DNA of 63,633 nucleotides, filler included, from Squatina squatina (taxonomy: Eukaryota), in NCBI GenBank assembly GCA_031763465.1. It is 3 parts of 3 records of this genome, joined end to end, with 100 filler letters (N's around TTAATTAATTAA, not from the genome) between each part and the next. Parts side by side here need not be neighbours in the genome. Positions count along the whole stretch, not along the records: positions 1 to 31,702 come from JARFOE010000189.1; 2 more parts are not named here. One strand, given 5' to 3'. Below, piece by piece: positions 11,621-23,785 of this stretch (position 1 is its first letter; each line of letters starts with the position of its first letter). The notes beneath the pieces were generated by a model. The model was given only the letters and a program-made list of their open reading frames with translations. It was not told where the DNA came from and searched no databases. The position numbers and the translations under genes were made by a program.

Positions 11621-13759
11621 ATGGGAAAGGTGGCATCATGGAAAAAAATGAGGCTTGCTTCATGGAATTGTATCTCCTCCCCCTCCCCCCCATTGTTGCT
11701 TTCACCTCAGGCAAGCTGCATAGTAGGATCAGGCAGGGAGTACTTGTGGCAATCGTTTTCTCTTTGAGTATTGAATTTCCAGTACAGCTGATAGCAGCAG
11801 TTCATTGATGTCAGTCAGCTGTCCCGTGAAAGTAAGTGGATTGTGTGGGGAAACTGCAGCATGNNNNNNNNNNNNNNNNNNNNNNNNNNNNNNNNNNNNN
11901 NNNNNNNNNNNNNNNNNNNNNNNNNNNNNNNNNNNNNNNNNNNNNNNNNNNNNNNNNNNNNNNACCCGAAACGTTGACTCTGTTTTTCTCTCCACAGATG
12001 CTGCCTGACCTGAGTTTTTCCAGCAATTTTTGTTTGTATATTAAACAATTAAGTTCAGCTGTCTATTAGAATCTGCAACTGACTGATAAGAGTCTTTGCC
12101 ATGCTTTTTTTAAAAAAAGACTTCAATTGGTGAATAATTTTCCTCTCAGTAAAATCGCTGACTGACCGAGTTGAACAGGCTTCGCAGGACCAATTCGGTG
12201 CCGCTAGGAAATGATAACCAGATACCACAGTAATGTGATGCTGTGAGCGGCCCATTCTTCCGGACATTGTCTTGACTGCAAGGCAATCAGCAGGTGATTT
12301 GTTGTGAGGTGAGGTAACGTTATGCGACGTGACATCCCGCGGCAAACCCTGCAAAATTTATGTTAATAAGGGCATGCAGTTAAACTTACTGCTGCAATTT
12401 TGTATGTGAAGAGGGCCAGACGCGGTCGAAGTGCCAGTTTGAGGGGGATTGGAGTGATAACAAATCCCTGGTGCTAGTAATAACGTGCAAGTTCTTACAA
12501 GAAAAATAATGACCATGAGATCAGAAGACACTATTGATTTTTTAATAAATCATTAAAATAACCATTGGAAAATTACAATGTGATGTTAAAACCAAGTTAA
12601 AGCTAGCAGTTGGTAGGAGTACTCCAAGGAGCGCGACATCAAGTGAAAATCGTGATTACTTAAGACCAGTCCAGCCTAGTATGCATCTGTATGAAGCTCC
12701 CTGCAGTCCGTATGAAAGCATTTCCTTTTGCATTCAGTAGTTTCTACCTGTGTACTTCAAGATTGCTTTTTTTTTTAAATGAGTTTTCAAATTGAAACAG
12801 CAAATCTAATTTTAAATCCACACTTAATGTCACCGTGAGAGATTCTTCCCCCACCCCACCAAACCCCATTTAAAAAAAAACTCTAAACTAGTCTTGCGAA
12901 TGGAACTGGAAATCCCAATCATTCTCCTACACAGTTGTCGATATTCAGTCAGTGTGGGGGCTAAACACTGCAGTGCGGTATTGCCCCCACCCCCCAATCC
13001 CCACCCCACACCCCAAACAAAAACCAGGTTCACTTCAGCAGCCCTGCTGCCAATCACTATACACGTCTCAATCTGCACCCCAATGGCTCCCTCATTCACA
13101 AGGCTGACTATGAAGCAACCCAAGTGTCTACACCGTGGTTAAACTCTACGTGATGCAAGTTCCTTTGGCTCCATAGTATCTCCTTGCTCAGTTAGAAAGG
13201 TTGGATTGCCTGCTCATTTTCCATCGTGGCATCACATGACCCCCCCGTCTGCCATGACTTTCTTCCCACCAACAGTGAGCCTCAGATCTACGCTGTCCCA
13301 TGACACCCACCGACACCACTGAAAACCTACGCTTGGCGGCCTTGGTCTGAAGGAGTCGTGATCAGGCAAGAGCCGTTTGGTTCACTCGCCAATAAGCTTG
13401 ATCAGCAGTTCCAATACACGAGTCGTTCCCAGAGTTGTTGAGGCAGTGCACAAACTAAGTGATCGAAAATNNNNNNNNNNTATAAATCTAAAACTCACTG
13501 TGACCCAACACCAGATTCAAAGTTACAGAATGTAGTGGGGTGTGCTGGGGAGGAGAAGGGAAGAAAAAGAGGAAAACTTGGCTTGCACATTCTACAATAA
13601 CCTGCATAAACAATCAGGAATGAATTACAGAGGTGTGCTCAGGCCCAGGTAACAGGTTTAACATTTCTGTGTGCACAGCCAAAACAAACCAGACAGCGTG
13701 CACATGCATATGTGCACAATGGATCTGTAATTCACCTAACATTTTCTATTTATACTTCA

Positions 13760-14090
13760 GTGTGGTGCTGCACTGTTGGAAGTGCCATCATTTAGGTCAG
13801 CCGTCAAACCGAGGCCCCGTCTGCTCTCTCAGGTAAAAGGTCTCCCGTCACTATTCGAAGAACAGCAAGGGAGTTCTCCCCAGTTTCCTGGTCATCATTT
13901 ATCCCTCAGCCAACAGCCAAAACAGATGGTAGGGCAATTTATTTCATTGCTGTTTGTGGGACCTTGCTGTGCACAAATTTGGTTTCCTACATTACAACAG
14001 TGACGACACTTCAAAAGTAATTAATTGGTTGTAAAGCGCTTTGGGACACCCTGAGGTTATGAAAGGTGCTATATAAATGCAAGTTCTTTC
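13760..14090 (+). mobile_element. DeuSINE (AmnSINE1/SacSINE1-like), Deu domain and tail
   Basis: aaaccgaggccccgtctgc.ctctcagg...cactattcgaagaa..gca.gggagttctcccc...ttgctgtttgtggga.cttgctgtg matches the recalled Deu-domain consensus; several copies in the window. Confidence 0.8.
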
Positions 14091-15632
14091 TTTTTTTTGT
14101 TTTATATGGCGCTTAAAAATAAAGCCAAAGTATATGTTAAAACATTAAATAAATTCCAATTAAACTTGCAACGATGTGCAGAAAATAACAATACAATAAA
14201 CGGCAATTAATCTTCTCTTGGCCAATTGACCAATTCCCAGACAGTTAAACAAAGTACCGTTCATGATACAATGCTGCCTGCTGTTTGAGCCAACCCTAGA
14301 ATAAAGGCAAGAATCAGATTTGATTCATGAAATAAAATGAAAATTCTGTATTTTGGCACTTATATGGATCTAAGAAGTAAAAGATTGGTTTAGCCTTCAC
14401 TGAAAGGCTAAGAAGAGATTAAGTAAGTTTTGATAAATTATGAAGGGTTTTGATAGAGTGAACAGTGAAAGATTAATTCTTCAGGGTGGGTGTCGATAAG
14501 GAAGGATCATCCATTTTACTCCATCACCAAGACCGCCTACTTCCACCCTCCATAATACTGGCTGACTCCGCCCCTGCCTCAGCTCACCTGAAACCATCAT
14601 CCACGCCTTTATAATCTTTAGATTTGGCTATTCCAATGGCCTACTTGGATTTTAAAATTCTCATCACTCTGCTCAACATGTAATCCTCAACCATTTGGAG
14701 CTTTTAAATTAAAGCTTTTCATTAAAATAAGAAACCCAATTCTATATCTTTTTTTAATTGTGAACAATCAGCTTTCATTGAAATTTTTTTGGCCTAAGTT
14801 AAACACAGAGGCAAACGGTAATGAAATTATACAGAATGATAAGTTGCAGTTCATCCCTGTCTNNNNNNNNNNNNNNNNNNNNNNNNNNNNNNNNNNNNNN
14901 NNNNNNNNNNNNNNNNNNNNNNNNNNNNNNNNNNNNNNNNNNNNNNNNNNNNNNNNNNNNNNGTTTCCTGAGCCTCCTCCGTACACAATGTCGTGAACAG
15001 AGAGCATAAAAAGTAAAAGCCTTAGCAACCAAAATAATGAAACTTGTGCTTCAGTAGAGAGAGAGATGAGGCAGAAAGATGTCATTTATGCAGTTTAAAG
15101 CTGGTATTCACAGTCCCAGATGAGAGAACCATCACCCCTTCTATTCAAAAGTACACTGTGCATCAGTACTAAAGTCTCCCAAGTTCCCATTCTGCTTGCG
15201 ATTTTAACCCAGGAGTATAAAGCGGTCTCTCTTACAATGACACAGGTGAAGAAAAGTAAAGTGGTCTCTTCAAGAGCCACAAGATGAATGTAGGGTCATG
15301 ATCCCATGCAAATATGTTTTGATTAAAAATTTAAATGCTGGATATAAAATTCCAGTTGACGTCATAATTGCTTCTATACCACAATACGACAGGCCAACAC
15401 TAACCATCGCAGAGTGCCAGTCCTGTAGCTGGGCTGACCAATTTCTCCTGGTTCAATGCTGCCAGCTCAGTCTTTGCTCCATAACCCCAGAAACCTGGCA
15501 TTTACTGTATTTTCCCTCTTTCTCTCTTCCAAGTACGCTCCGCACCACAATGGTTCTGAGGTTCAGTGGAATCAAGTACTCGGAGTCCTGGAACACAAAT
15601 GTCAAACAGTGCAGCCGACAGGGCAGCTGCAG

Positions 15633-16304
15633 TTAGGTCTGGGAGTCATGTTGCTGGTGAGCTTGCAGCAATTCATTCTCATTGATGGTGTCCAGCAACA
15701 GGCACACCGGCTCCTCCATGACCTCTGGACTGTGTTGCTCCTTGAGGTCCTGTTGCTCGCGTGCTTCGGCGAGGGCGTCCTCTCTCATGTCGGCACGAGG
15801 GCAGGAGTCGCACATGTTGCAGCTATCGCAGAACTCCATTGCATTCCCCAGCCCATCAATCAGGCTGTCCAGCTCCTTCGGATCGTCGTGGTCTCTGTTG
15901 CAGACACAAACCTCGATGCCAGAATCTCCGGTGAACCTTCGGTGCCTCCCGGGGGTCTTGTCGACGTCCTTGATTTCCAAGCAGGAGTGGTGATGCCAGC
16001 TCTCGATCTTGGAGGAAGAGCTCGGGTAATAGTCAACAAGTTGCTCCTTCTCGGGGCAGCTCAGCTCCTCTTCCAGGTCCAAGCAACATGCTCGCACGGG
16101 TTCTAGTTCGGTGCCGGCAACCAGATCCTCCGCCTGATCGGCTGCGGGCGTTTTGTTCAAGTTACGTTCGGAGTACGCGAGAGGAGAGTCCAGGTCCAGC
16201 GCACTCCCGTGACGGGCCACTGCCTCGCAGACCGTCGGGATGGAATTACTTGGGGTGGCCGGAGTCCTGGCTGGCTCGGGGTTGGAGGAACCCAGCATGT
16301 AGTT
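15633..16304 (-). CDS. WBP1L: WW domain binding protein 1-like, last coding exon (5' part lost in gap)
   Basis: PGRHRRFTGDSGIEVCVCNR..DD.KE...LID.L...EFCDSC and P.CLLL.TINE match the recalled WBP1L C-terminus; syntenic position. Confidence 0.92.
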   Translation of the reverse strand, partial: NYMLGSSNPEPARTPATPSNSIPTVCEAVARHGSALDLDSPLAYSERNLNKTPAADQAEDLVAGTELEPVRACCLDLEEELSCPEKEQLVDYYPSSSSKIESWHHHSCLEIKDVDKTPGRHRRFTGDSGIEVCVCNRDHDDPKELDSLIDGLGNAMEFCDSCNMCDSCPRADMREDALAEAREQQDLKEQHSPEVMEEPVCLLLDTINENELLQAHQQHDSQT

Positions 16305-16913
16305 NNNNNNNNNNNNNNNNNNNNNNNNNNNNNNNNNNNNNNNNNNNNNNNNNNNNNNNNNNNNNNNNNNNNNNNNNNNNNNNNNNNNNNNNNNNNNNNN
16401 NNNNTGTCTAAATCCCTTTGAAGCCTCTTTGCATCCTCCTCACAACTTACATTCCAACCTAGACTTTGTATCATCAGCAAGCTTGGAGATATTACATTTG
16501 CTCTCCTCATCCAAATCATATTTTGAACTTGTGTACGTGTTGGAGGAGGAGTGGATTTGAGTTGCATGAGATGCCCCCCACAGTAAACTAACACGTTGAC
16601 ATTCACTGTCCACACTCAGAACTGAACAATGGGCGCCTGGGTGAGGAGCCTGGTGTCTGTGGGTCTGCACGACAGCAGCAGTCAAAGTCAGCAAGAGAGA
16701 AGGAAAGGGAAGCAAACATTGGCAAACGCTTCTGATTTGCTAAACACAACAACAAAACTGCAAAAACCAAGCAGAACTGCCAGCTCCAACAGCTGCACAT
16801 TTATGAATAAAATCAGCCAGTTTCTGGCCCTATTGGAAACTCGCTGTCTGTGGATGAACAAAGGAAGAGGGAGCGAGACAGAGATGGTGACTAATTAGGT
16901 CCAAATCACTTAC

Positions 16914-17012
16914 TTTGCGCTTATTGGCGATGCTGCATTCCTATTGGTGTAGTTGACCAAGGCGTTGAACGACTGGTTCACCCACTGCCAAAATACCACA
17001 GCTGGAACTGTT
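16914..17012 (-). CDS. SFXN2: Sideroflexin-2 internal exon (99 bp)
   Basis: Not in the ORF track. ttttcag|..(R)[32 protein letters not shown](K)..|gtaagt is the sideroflexin signature; paralog assigned from NAASP and its position between WBP1L and ARL3. Confidence 0.93.
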
Positions 17013-17119
17013 CTGAAAAGGAATGGGGAAAAGTACCGGTCACAGCAGGGTCAGAGAAAGGTCATGCAAACACATAAAACATCAGTCGCTGCAAATTGAT
17101 TTTGTTTAAAAAAAAAATT

Positions 17120-17535
17120 CATTCTCGGGATGTGGGCGTCGCTGGCAAGGCCAGAATTTATTGTCCATCCCNNNNNNNNNNCTAATTGCCCTCGAGAAGT
17201 TGGTGGTGAGCCGCTATTGCAGAGGACAGTTAAGAGTCAAGCACATTGCTGTGGGTCTGGAGTCACAAAAAGGCCAGACCGGGTAAGCACGGCAAAATTC
17301 CTTCCCTAAAAAGGACATTAGTGAACCAGATGGGTTTTTACAACAATCTGCTAGTTTCATGGTCACCATTACGGACACTAGATTTTTAATTCCAGATTTA
17401 TTTGATTAATTGAATTTAAATTTCCCAGTTGCCATGGTGGGATTAGAACTCACTTCTCTGGATTATTATCCAGGCCTCTGGATTACTATCCAGGCCTCTG
17501 GATTACTCGTCCAGTAACAGAACCACTGTGCTACT
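17120..17535 (-). mobile_element. tRNA-derived SINE, near full length
   Basis: On the minus strand: A-box-like tagcacagtgg head, B-box-like gagttctaatcc, a body shared with 1-222 and 28925-29265, and a tail matching the LINE end at 5530-5615. Confidence 0.75.
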
Positions 17536-18648
17536 TTTCCCCCAAATACAGTAAATTGCCAATCTCAAACATCCTGCCACAGGATTGGTACAGTGCGCAA
17601 GGGCAGATCATCCCCCGGTCTATCTATTTCATTCAGGATCCCAATGTAAAGTTTCCTCGTATCCATGGTATTTCCTCATTGCACTGGTGCTCAATCACAT
17701 TTATCAACTTGGTGTAGATCAACTATTAAAAGTCCTGAGCCGTACAGATTGGAAGATCACAGATTCAATTCCCGATCCGTGCTCAAGAACATTAGAAATA
17801 GGAGCAGGAGTAGGCTATTTGACCCTTCGAGCCTGCTCCGCCATTCAATGAGATCATGGCTAATCTGATTCTGGCCTCAACTCCATTTTCCTGCTTGTTC
17901 CCCATATCCTTTGACTCCCTGCTGACAGAAGTGACAGAGTCTTACTTGACACAATGGTTCCAATAACCTGTGGGGGCGAGGGAAACAAACTTAAGCCAAT
18001 ATTATTTAGTGTCGTGTCAAACCGCTTCNNNNNNNNNNNNNNNNNNNNNNNNNNNNNNNNNNNNNNNNNNNNNNNNNNNNNNNNNNNNNNNNNNNNNNNN
18101 NNNNNNNNNNNNNNNNNNNNNNNNNNNNGCTACATTCTTTAAACTGAGAAGCCAAATGAAGTGGAAGGCCTATAGTTCAGGACACCAGAAAAGTTGGAAT
18201 GTGTAAAATAGATGAAGTAAATCAGAAAACAGCCAACAGGTAATGCCACACCCTTGCTTTAAAAGCTTGAAGATTTTAGGTGGCAGGAAAAATTGGGGGA
18301 GATGAGGAGTTCCACAGTTTTAGGGAAAGAATGAGTGAAAGTAGGAGACTCTGCAATGAATCTTGATTTTAACACGTGAGCAGGAAAAGCAAGTAGGGCA
18401 GCATATCTGCAGCTTAGCAGTTAAAGTGGATTATGGGTGTACGTTTGTGTGTGAGCACACACTGCTATATGGTGATATGTATAGAGTGGAACAATTGCTT
18501 TATCCACTGCTAATTGGTAAATATACTGTACAGTAACTGTAAAAGCAAAAATCCTGTTTGTAGTCTACACATCAATATGTAGCTCACTAGTGTGAAAAAT
18601 CAATACCTATATGTACAGCTAAAGGTGACTACTTCTATTTGTTCTCAG

Positions 18649-18792
18649 GGCTTGCTGTCAATCCTGCGCAAATTGAAGAGTGCCCCAGATCAGGAGGTTA
18701 GAATTCTCCTTCTGGGTTTGGACAATGCAGGGAAAACAACATTACTCAAACAGCTGGCTTCAGAAGACATCAGTCACATCACACCGACACAG
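18649..18792 (+). CDS. ARL3: ADP-ribosylation factor-like 3, exon 2 (P-loop)
   Basis: ttctcag|[48 protein letters not shown]|gtaatg; 144 bp, phase 0/0. Confidence 0.97.
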
Positions 18793-18864
18793 GTAATGTC
18801 TGCATTCAGTGACAACTTCAAATTTCAAGGTGCTTTCTAAATTTAAAAAAAAAACAGCGGAACT

Positions 18865-19065
18865 GGATGTTGCAATGGGTTTGACGCTGACCTTTCATCT
18901 GAGACTTGGGATAAAATTCAGCCTAAACTGACAAGAAAAACCTGCCTGTCTGCTGGGTGGAAGGGTGCTACATGCAATCCGTTTTGGCCGCCTCAGTCCA
19001 GTTCTCCAAGGTGTAGGCCTACAGCAGAAAATTGCCCCAAATTCAGTAGTAAATTGAGATTCTCA
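18865..19065 (+). mobile_element. Highly degenerate LF-SINE-like element
   Basis: cctttca.ct..gac.tggg..aaa.tcagcc and ctcagtccagtt blocks resemble my recollection of the LF-SINE consensus; weak match. Confidence 0.35.
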
Positions 19066-20082
19066 CTAGGGAGGCCACTGGGATAGCAGGTTTTGGAAAA
19101 GTGATAATTGAATCTGCAAGGGAATGCTCTGAAAGTATATGGATATTATTAAGGCAGAATATAGGGAGCTTTACTTGGGATCTAACCATATAGTACCCAA
19201 CCAGGGAATGCATGTGTATCTGAAGCAGAAAATATTCCGTTCCAAACAACCACGTCCCTCAGCTTGCTGAGCACAAAATATATATATATATATTTTTTAA
19301 GGTCATTAAACTATAATTTGAAGGTTGTGTATCTGTCATGCAAGTACAGTTTTAAGTGCGACTGGCCTCCATACTTGATGCCCGCTGATATTTAAATACT
19401 CCGAAAGAATGTGGATATCTTGGTTAAGAGAAACACACACAAGGCGGCAGAAAACATTTGCTGAATGGGGTTGTTCCTGCAGTTTTCCTACATGGTGTGT
19501 TCATGTTGGCTGTGCCCAGTAACTCAGGAACCATTGTGTCCTATGAAATATTTGACCAAGGTGCCCATGTAGCAGCTGATTGCCTTGGACTGGCTGCCAT
19601 TTACCTTTTACTGTTTGTGGATACTGATTTTGAGAACTGAAGTTTTAATGTAAAGGAGACAGATGGGACAGAGATTGTTAAGTATTTCCATGAAGGATTC
19701 CTGACACAGTANNNNNNNNNNNNNNNNNNNNNNNNNNNNNNNNNNNNNNNNNNNNNNNNNNNNNNNNNNNNNNNNNNNNNNNNNNNNNNNNNNNNNNNNN
19801 NNNNNNNNNNNGCAGGCTCGAAGGGCCAAATGGCCTACTCCTGCTATTTTCTGTTTCCATGCTACGCAAAGCCATTATATTGCACTAGGGCCACCAAAAT
19901 ATCCCCATTGTTCAAAATGGTGGGTAGGGTGCACTGGATACCCAGGTGAGTCTACCACCAGCACCTGTTCAGCCAATTGTATTTGGGTTTAACACTCAGC
20001 TATACCTGCTAAAAGGTATTGAATCCTACTGTGTAATTTGTGATTTTTTTTATTGGGTTAAAATCCTGCAATTCTATTTCAG

Positions 20083-20130
20083 GATGGAATGAACTGGGTC
20101 TGCAAAAATGTCAATGCAAAAAAGAAATGA
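20083..20130 (+). CDS. ARL3: ARL3 last coding exon
   Basis: Not in the ORF track. tatttcag|GAT GGA ATG AAC TGG GTC TGC AAA AAT GTC AAT GCA AAA AAG AAA TGA = DGMNWVCKNVNAKKK*. Confidence 0.96.
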   Translation, partial: DGMNWVCKNVNAKKK

Positions 20131-20465
20131 AACCGCCTCAAAGCACAAAGAAGGGACCCAGAAGAGACCATTCCTAATGTGATGACACTAATTAATTGTT
20201 CCTGACCAAAATCTCCACTATTCAGTTTTAGCTATGTACCAAGAAGAAACCTGGGAGTACTATAGCTCCAATACACTACCGGAGTTTCCACGACCCTTTT
20301 ATAAATACTGTACTTGTGAATGTTGCTGCGATACATCAGTCTGCGCATTTTTCATACTATCCTCTGGATGTAGTGTGCGATAAACTGCACGGACTGATGT
20401 GCGATAATAACTCTTGTGGAACATGCCTTTTATTAGTTTCTTTTGCTGGAAGGTTTAAAAAAAAT

Positions 20466-20471
20466 AATAAA
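20466..20471 (+). terminator. Candidate ARL3 polyadenylation signal
   Basis: AATAAA ~335 nt after the stop, followed by GT/T-rich gttgggtgtgtgttttt; more distal AATAAA hexamers also exist. Confidence 0.45.
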
Positions 20472-23400
20472 TTGTAATTGTCATGGTTGGGTGTGTGTTT
20501 TTCTCCTCCAGTTCAGTTTTTTATAAACTTGTATCTCCCTTCCCCTCCTTTTGTGCAGATGAACCATTTTCCTCTATTTCCAATTATACTGATTTGTGTA
20601 CCCCTTTGCAGAGAACTCTATTCCACATCAATATGTACAGTTAAATATATATTTTCTTAATTGGAACTGGAATGATTTGCCACCTCCGCTCCCAAAAGAA
20701 ACTCTTTGTTTTCCTTTCCCACGCCTCCTGGTGCATCAGTGCTCCAAACATTTGAAACTGTCATTAATTCAAAATATGGAGGTACAAGATAGATGGTTGG
20801 GGTGTGATTCAGGCTGATTATGCAGTTACCCTGCAAATAAGCCCAACCCAGAAGAGCAGCAATGAAATTTACTAAAAGCTCTATTATAACCTTAGTTGAA
20901 CTAGAAACTAGCCCAACATCATACACAAGTGTTTGGACCAGATTGGATGCAACTGATGAGTTGCCTTAATTGTCAGGTTTTTTTCATCTACAAATTTGGT
21001 TCTTAGAATCCATTNNNNNNNNNNNNNNNNNNNNNNNNNNNNNNNNNNNNNNNNNNNNNNNNNNNNNNNNNNNNNNNNNNNNNNNNNNNNNNNNNNNNNN
21101 NNNNNNNNNNNNNNNNNNNNNNNNNNNNNNNNNNNNNNNNNNNNNNNNNNNNNNNNNNNNNNNNNNNNNNNNNNNNNNNNNNNNNNNNNNNNNNNNNNNN
21201 NNNNNNNNNNNNNNNNNNNNNNNNNNNNNNNNNNNNNNNNNNNNNNNNNNNNNNNNNNNNNNNNNNNNNNNNNNNNNNNNNNNNNNNNNNNNNNNNNNNN
21301 NNNNNNNNNNNNNNNNNNNNNNNNNNNNNNNNNNNNNNNNNNNNNNNNNNNNNNNNNNNNNNNNNNNNNNNNNNNNNNNNNNNNNNNNNNNNNNNNNNNN
21401 NNNNNNNNNNNNNNNNNNNNNNNNNNNNNNNNNNNNNNNNNNNNNNNNNNNNNNNNNNNNNNNNNNNNNNNNNNNNNNNNNNNNNNNNNNNNNNNNNNNN
21501 NNNNNNNNNNNNNNNNNNNNNNNNNNNNNNNNNNNNNNNNNNNNNNNNNNNNNNNNNNNNNNNNNNNNNNNNNNNNNNNNNNNNNNNNNNNNNNNNNNNN
21601 NNNNNNNNNNNNNNNNNNNNNNNNNNNNNNNNNNNNNNNNNNNNNNNNNNNNNNNNNNNNNNNNNNNNNNNNNNNNNNNNNNNNNNNNNNNNNNNNNNNN
21701 NNNNNNNNNNNNNNNNNNNNNNNNNNNNNNNNNNNNNNNNNNNNNNNNNNNNNNNNNNNNNNNNNNNNNNNNNNNNNNNNNNNNNNNNNNNNNNNNNNNN
21801 NNNNNNNNNNNNNNNNNNNNNNNNNNNNNNNNNNNNNCTCCCTCGGTCCCAGTAGGCAAGGATATCCTGTTTGTTCACTATACATGCTTAACTACTTACT
21901 GAATTACACTACTGTATATTCACAAAGCCATCTTAACACCGTAGTGAAGGCAGTGATCCTAACAAAATACTAAACAGAGCTGTACAGCAGTAGCCAAAAT
22001 ACTATATAGAAAATGCTCCCTACTTCGTTATGACATTACAAATTGAAACACTCACCAAAGTTTCCTAGCATCATCCTGCAGATCTGTTCTGACTTTAGTA
22101 TATTTCTATGTCTGCCTGGTTTCTGTCAAGGAAACCAGGTTGGCGCACACTCCCCTGAATTCTCGACCGGATACAATTTAGCAGTGTCAAAGAGGCCTGC
22201 GAGAGTGCCAGAATGTGTCCAAGCTTTATTTTCGTTCTGTGGGAAAGAATTAATGTTACAGAAGACTCCACAGCCTACAGCAGGTGTTGTAGCCATGGAG
22301 GAGTCCAGCTTGAATTTCCAGCCTGCAGTTTATTGTTGTGATGTAGGTGATCAGAACATTGTGTGTGTGTGTGTTTTCAGTGACACTGAGCTACATCTTG
22401 TAGCAGAGCAAACTGAGTTTTAACTTGATATTTTTATTCAGTATTAAAAGGTTTTTATGGTTTAAAAGAAAAAAATGTTCCCATGGATGTATCAAGCTTA
22501 AATAATAGATGAGAAATAAATGGTTTTTATTATTTTTTTATGAAGTAAGGTCGATTTCACTTTTCTTCATTTAAAGATGGTACTTTACATGTCACTCGTG
22601 TGCTGTTTTGCCCTAGTCTTTACAGTTTTTAGCTGAAGTGCACTCCTTCACTCTGCGGTTTGCAAAGTTGTATCTTGCAGTTATTTATGACTTTCACCAC
22701 TAGTAAATATTTTATCCACAATTCATGAAGCTTTTCTTTTTTATTTATACCACAGTTGCTTTTCATAAATGCTTAAAGTTTGGCTAAAAATCATTTTAAG
22801 AACAAACTTCCCTCCATCTCGTTGACGAGGCTTCTAGTAACTTCCTGAGGAATTTGATTTACATAAAGCAGCTGTGTACCACTTCCAAAAATAAATCCGC
22901 CATGGTGTCAATGGGTGCATGCTTCAACCAATCTGATTGGTGATGGAGGGTTTCCAAAATGAACAGGACCTCATGGCGCAAACTAATTGGCTTATGCCAC
23001 TGTTGCCTAGTCATAAGTTTTGACACTAAAACTGATATATATGACCCTACGACCATCAATGAACCTGACGTGTTAGGCTGGATTCTGATGGCACGACCAT
23101 ACTGACAAACTCCCCTTCGAAGGATACTGCTGCTGAATAAAATACAAAGATTGCACAGCTACACCAAGTTTTCTCCATTGTCTGTATTAACCTGATGTGA
23201 ACCTTGATATCTGAGCTATTTGGATTAAGATTTAGTCTGTACATGTTGAAAGTCTGAAAACAAAAAACTAAGTGAACAACAGGCCAGTCAGCAACTGAGA
23301 AAAGTAGGTTAGTGCTTTTAGGTGGGAAATTTCATTGGAAAATATTAACTGACCTGCACATTTCTAGTATTTCTTGATCCTGTAAAACTAACGTGTGTCT

Positions 23401-23634
23401 GCTGATTATTTAACTGTCCACCAACACCTGGCTTCTAAATTCATAGGGAGATTCTATGAAGGCAGAAATTCCACTTGGTTCATGCTTGTGTGCTCTTGGA
23501 GTTCTTTGAGTTTGTAAAGTTAGTAGCCATCCAAGTGACACTTGAGAACAGAACTTTTACCCACGTTGTATTGAAAATAATAATTAGATTTATTTAGCAT
23601 CGATAGCATCTACAAAACACTTCACATATTACAG

Positions 23635-23785
23635 GAATAAAAACAGAGAATGCTGGAAATACTCAGCAGGTCAGGCAGCATCTGTGGAGAGAGAAACAGT
23701 TACCGTTTCAGGTCGATCACCTTTTGTCAGAACTGGAGAAAGTTAAAGATGTAACGAGTTTTAAGCAAGTGCAGGGAAAGGGGGA
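23635..23785 (+). mobile_element. Interspersed repeat (possibly Penelope-associated); other copies near 11964-12035(-), 48505-48564(+), 60010-60100(+)
   Basis: tgctggaaa.actcagcaggtcaggcagcatctgtggagag..aaacag recurs at least 4 times; class assignment is a guess. Confidence 0.6.

Noticed and set aside
16688-16847. Strong-looking acceptor 66 nt after the SFXN2 exon, with 52 in-frame codons to a stop
   Set aside because: The translation does not match the expected next sideroflexin exon; no support without transcript data
16920-16950. Two ATTGG (reverse CCAAT) motifs suggesting a promoter
   Set aside because: They lie within the SFXN2 coding exon
20908-21973. ~300-aa ORFs here and at 26499-27236
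   Set aside because: Almost entirely N-gap translated as X
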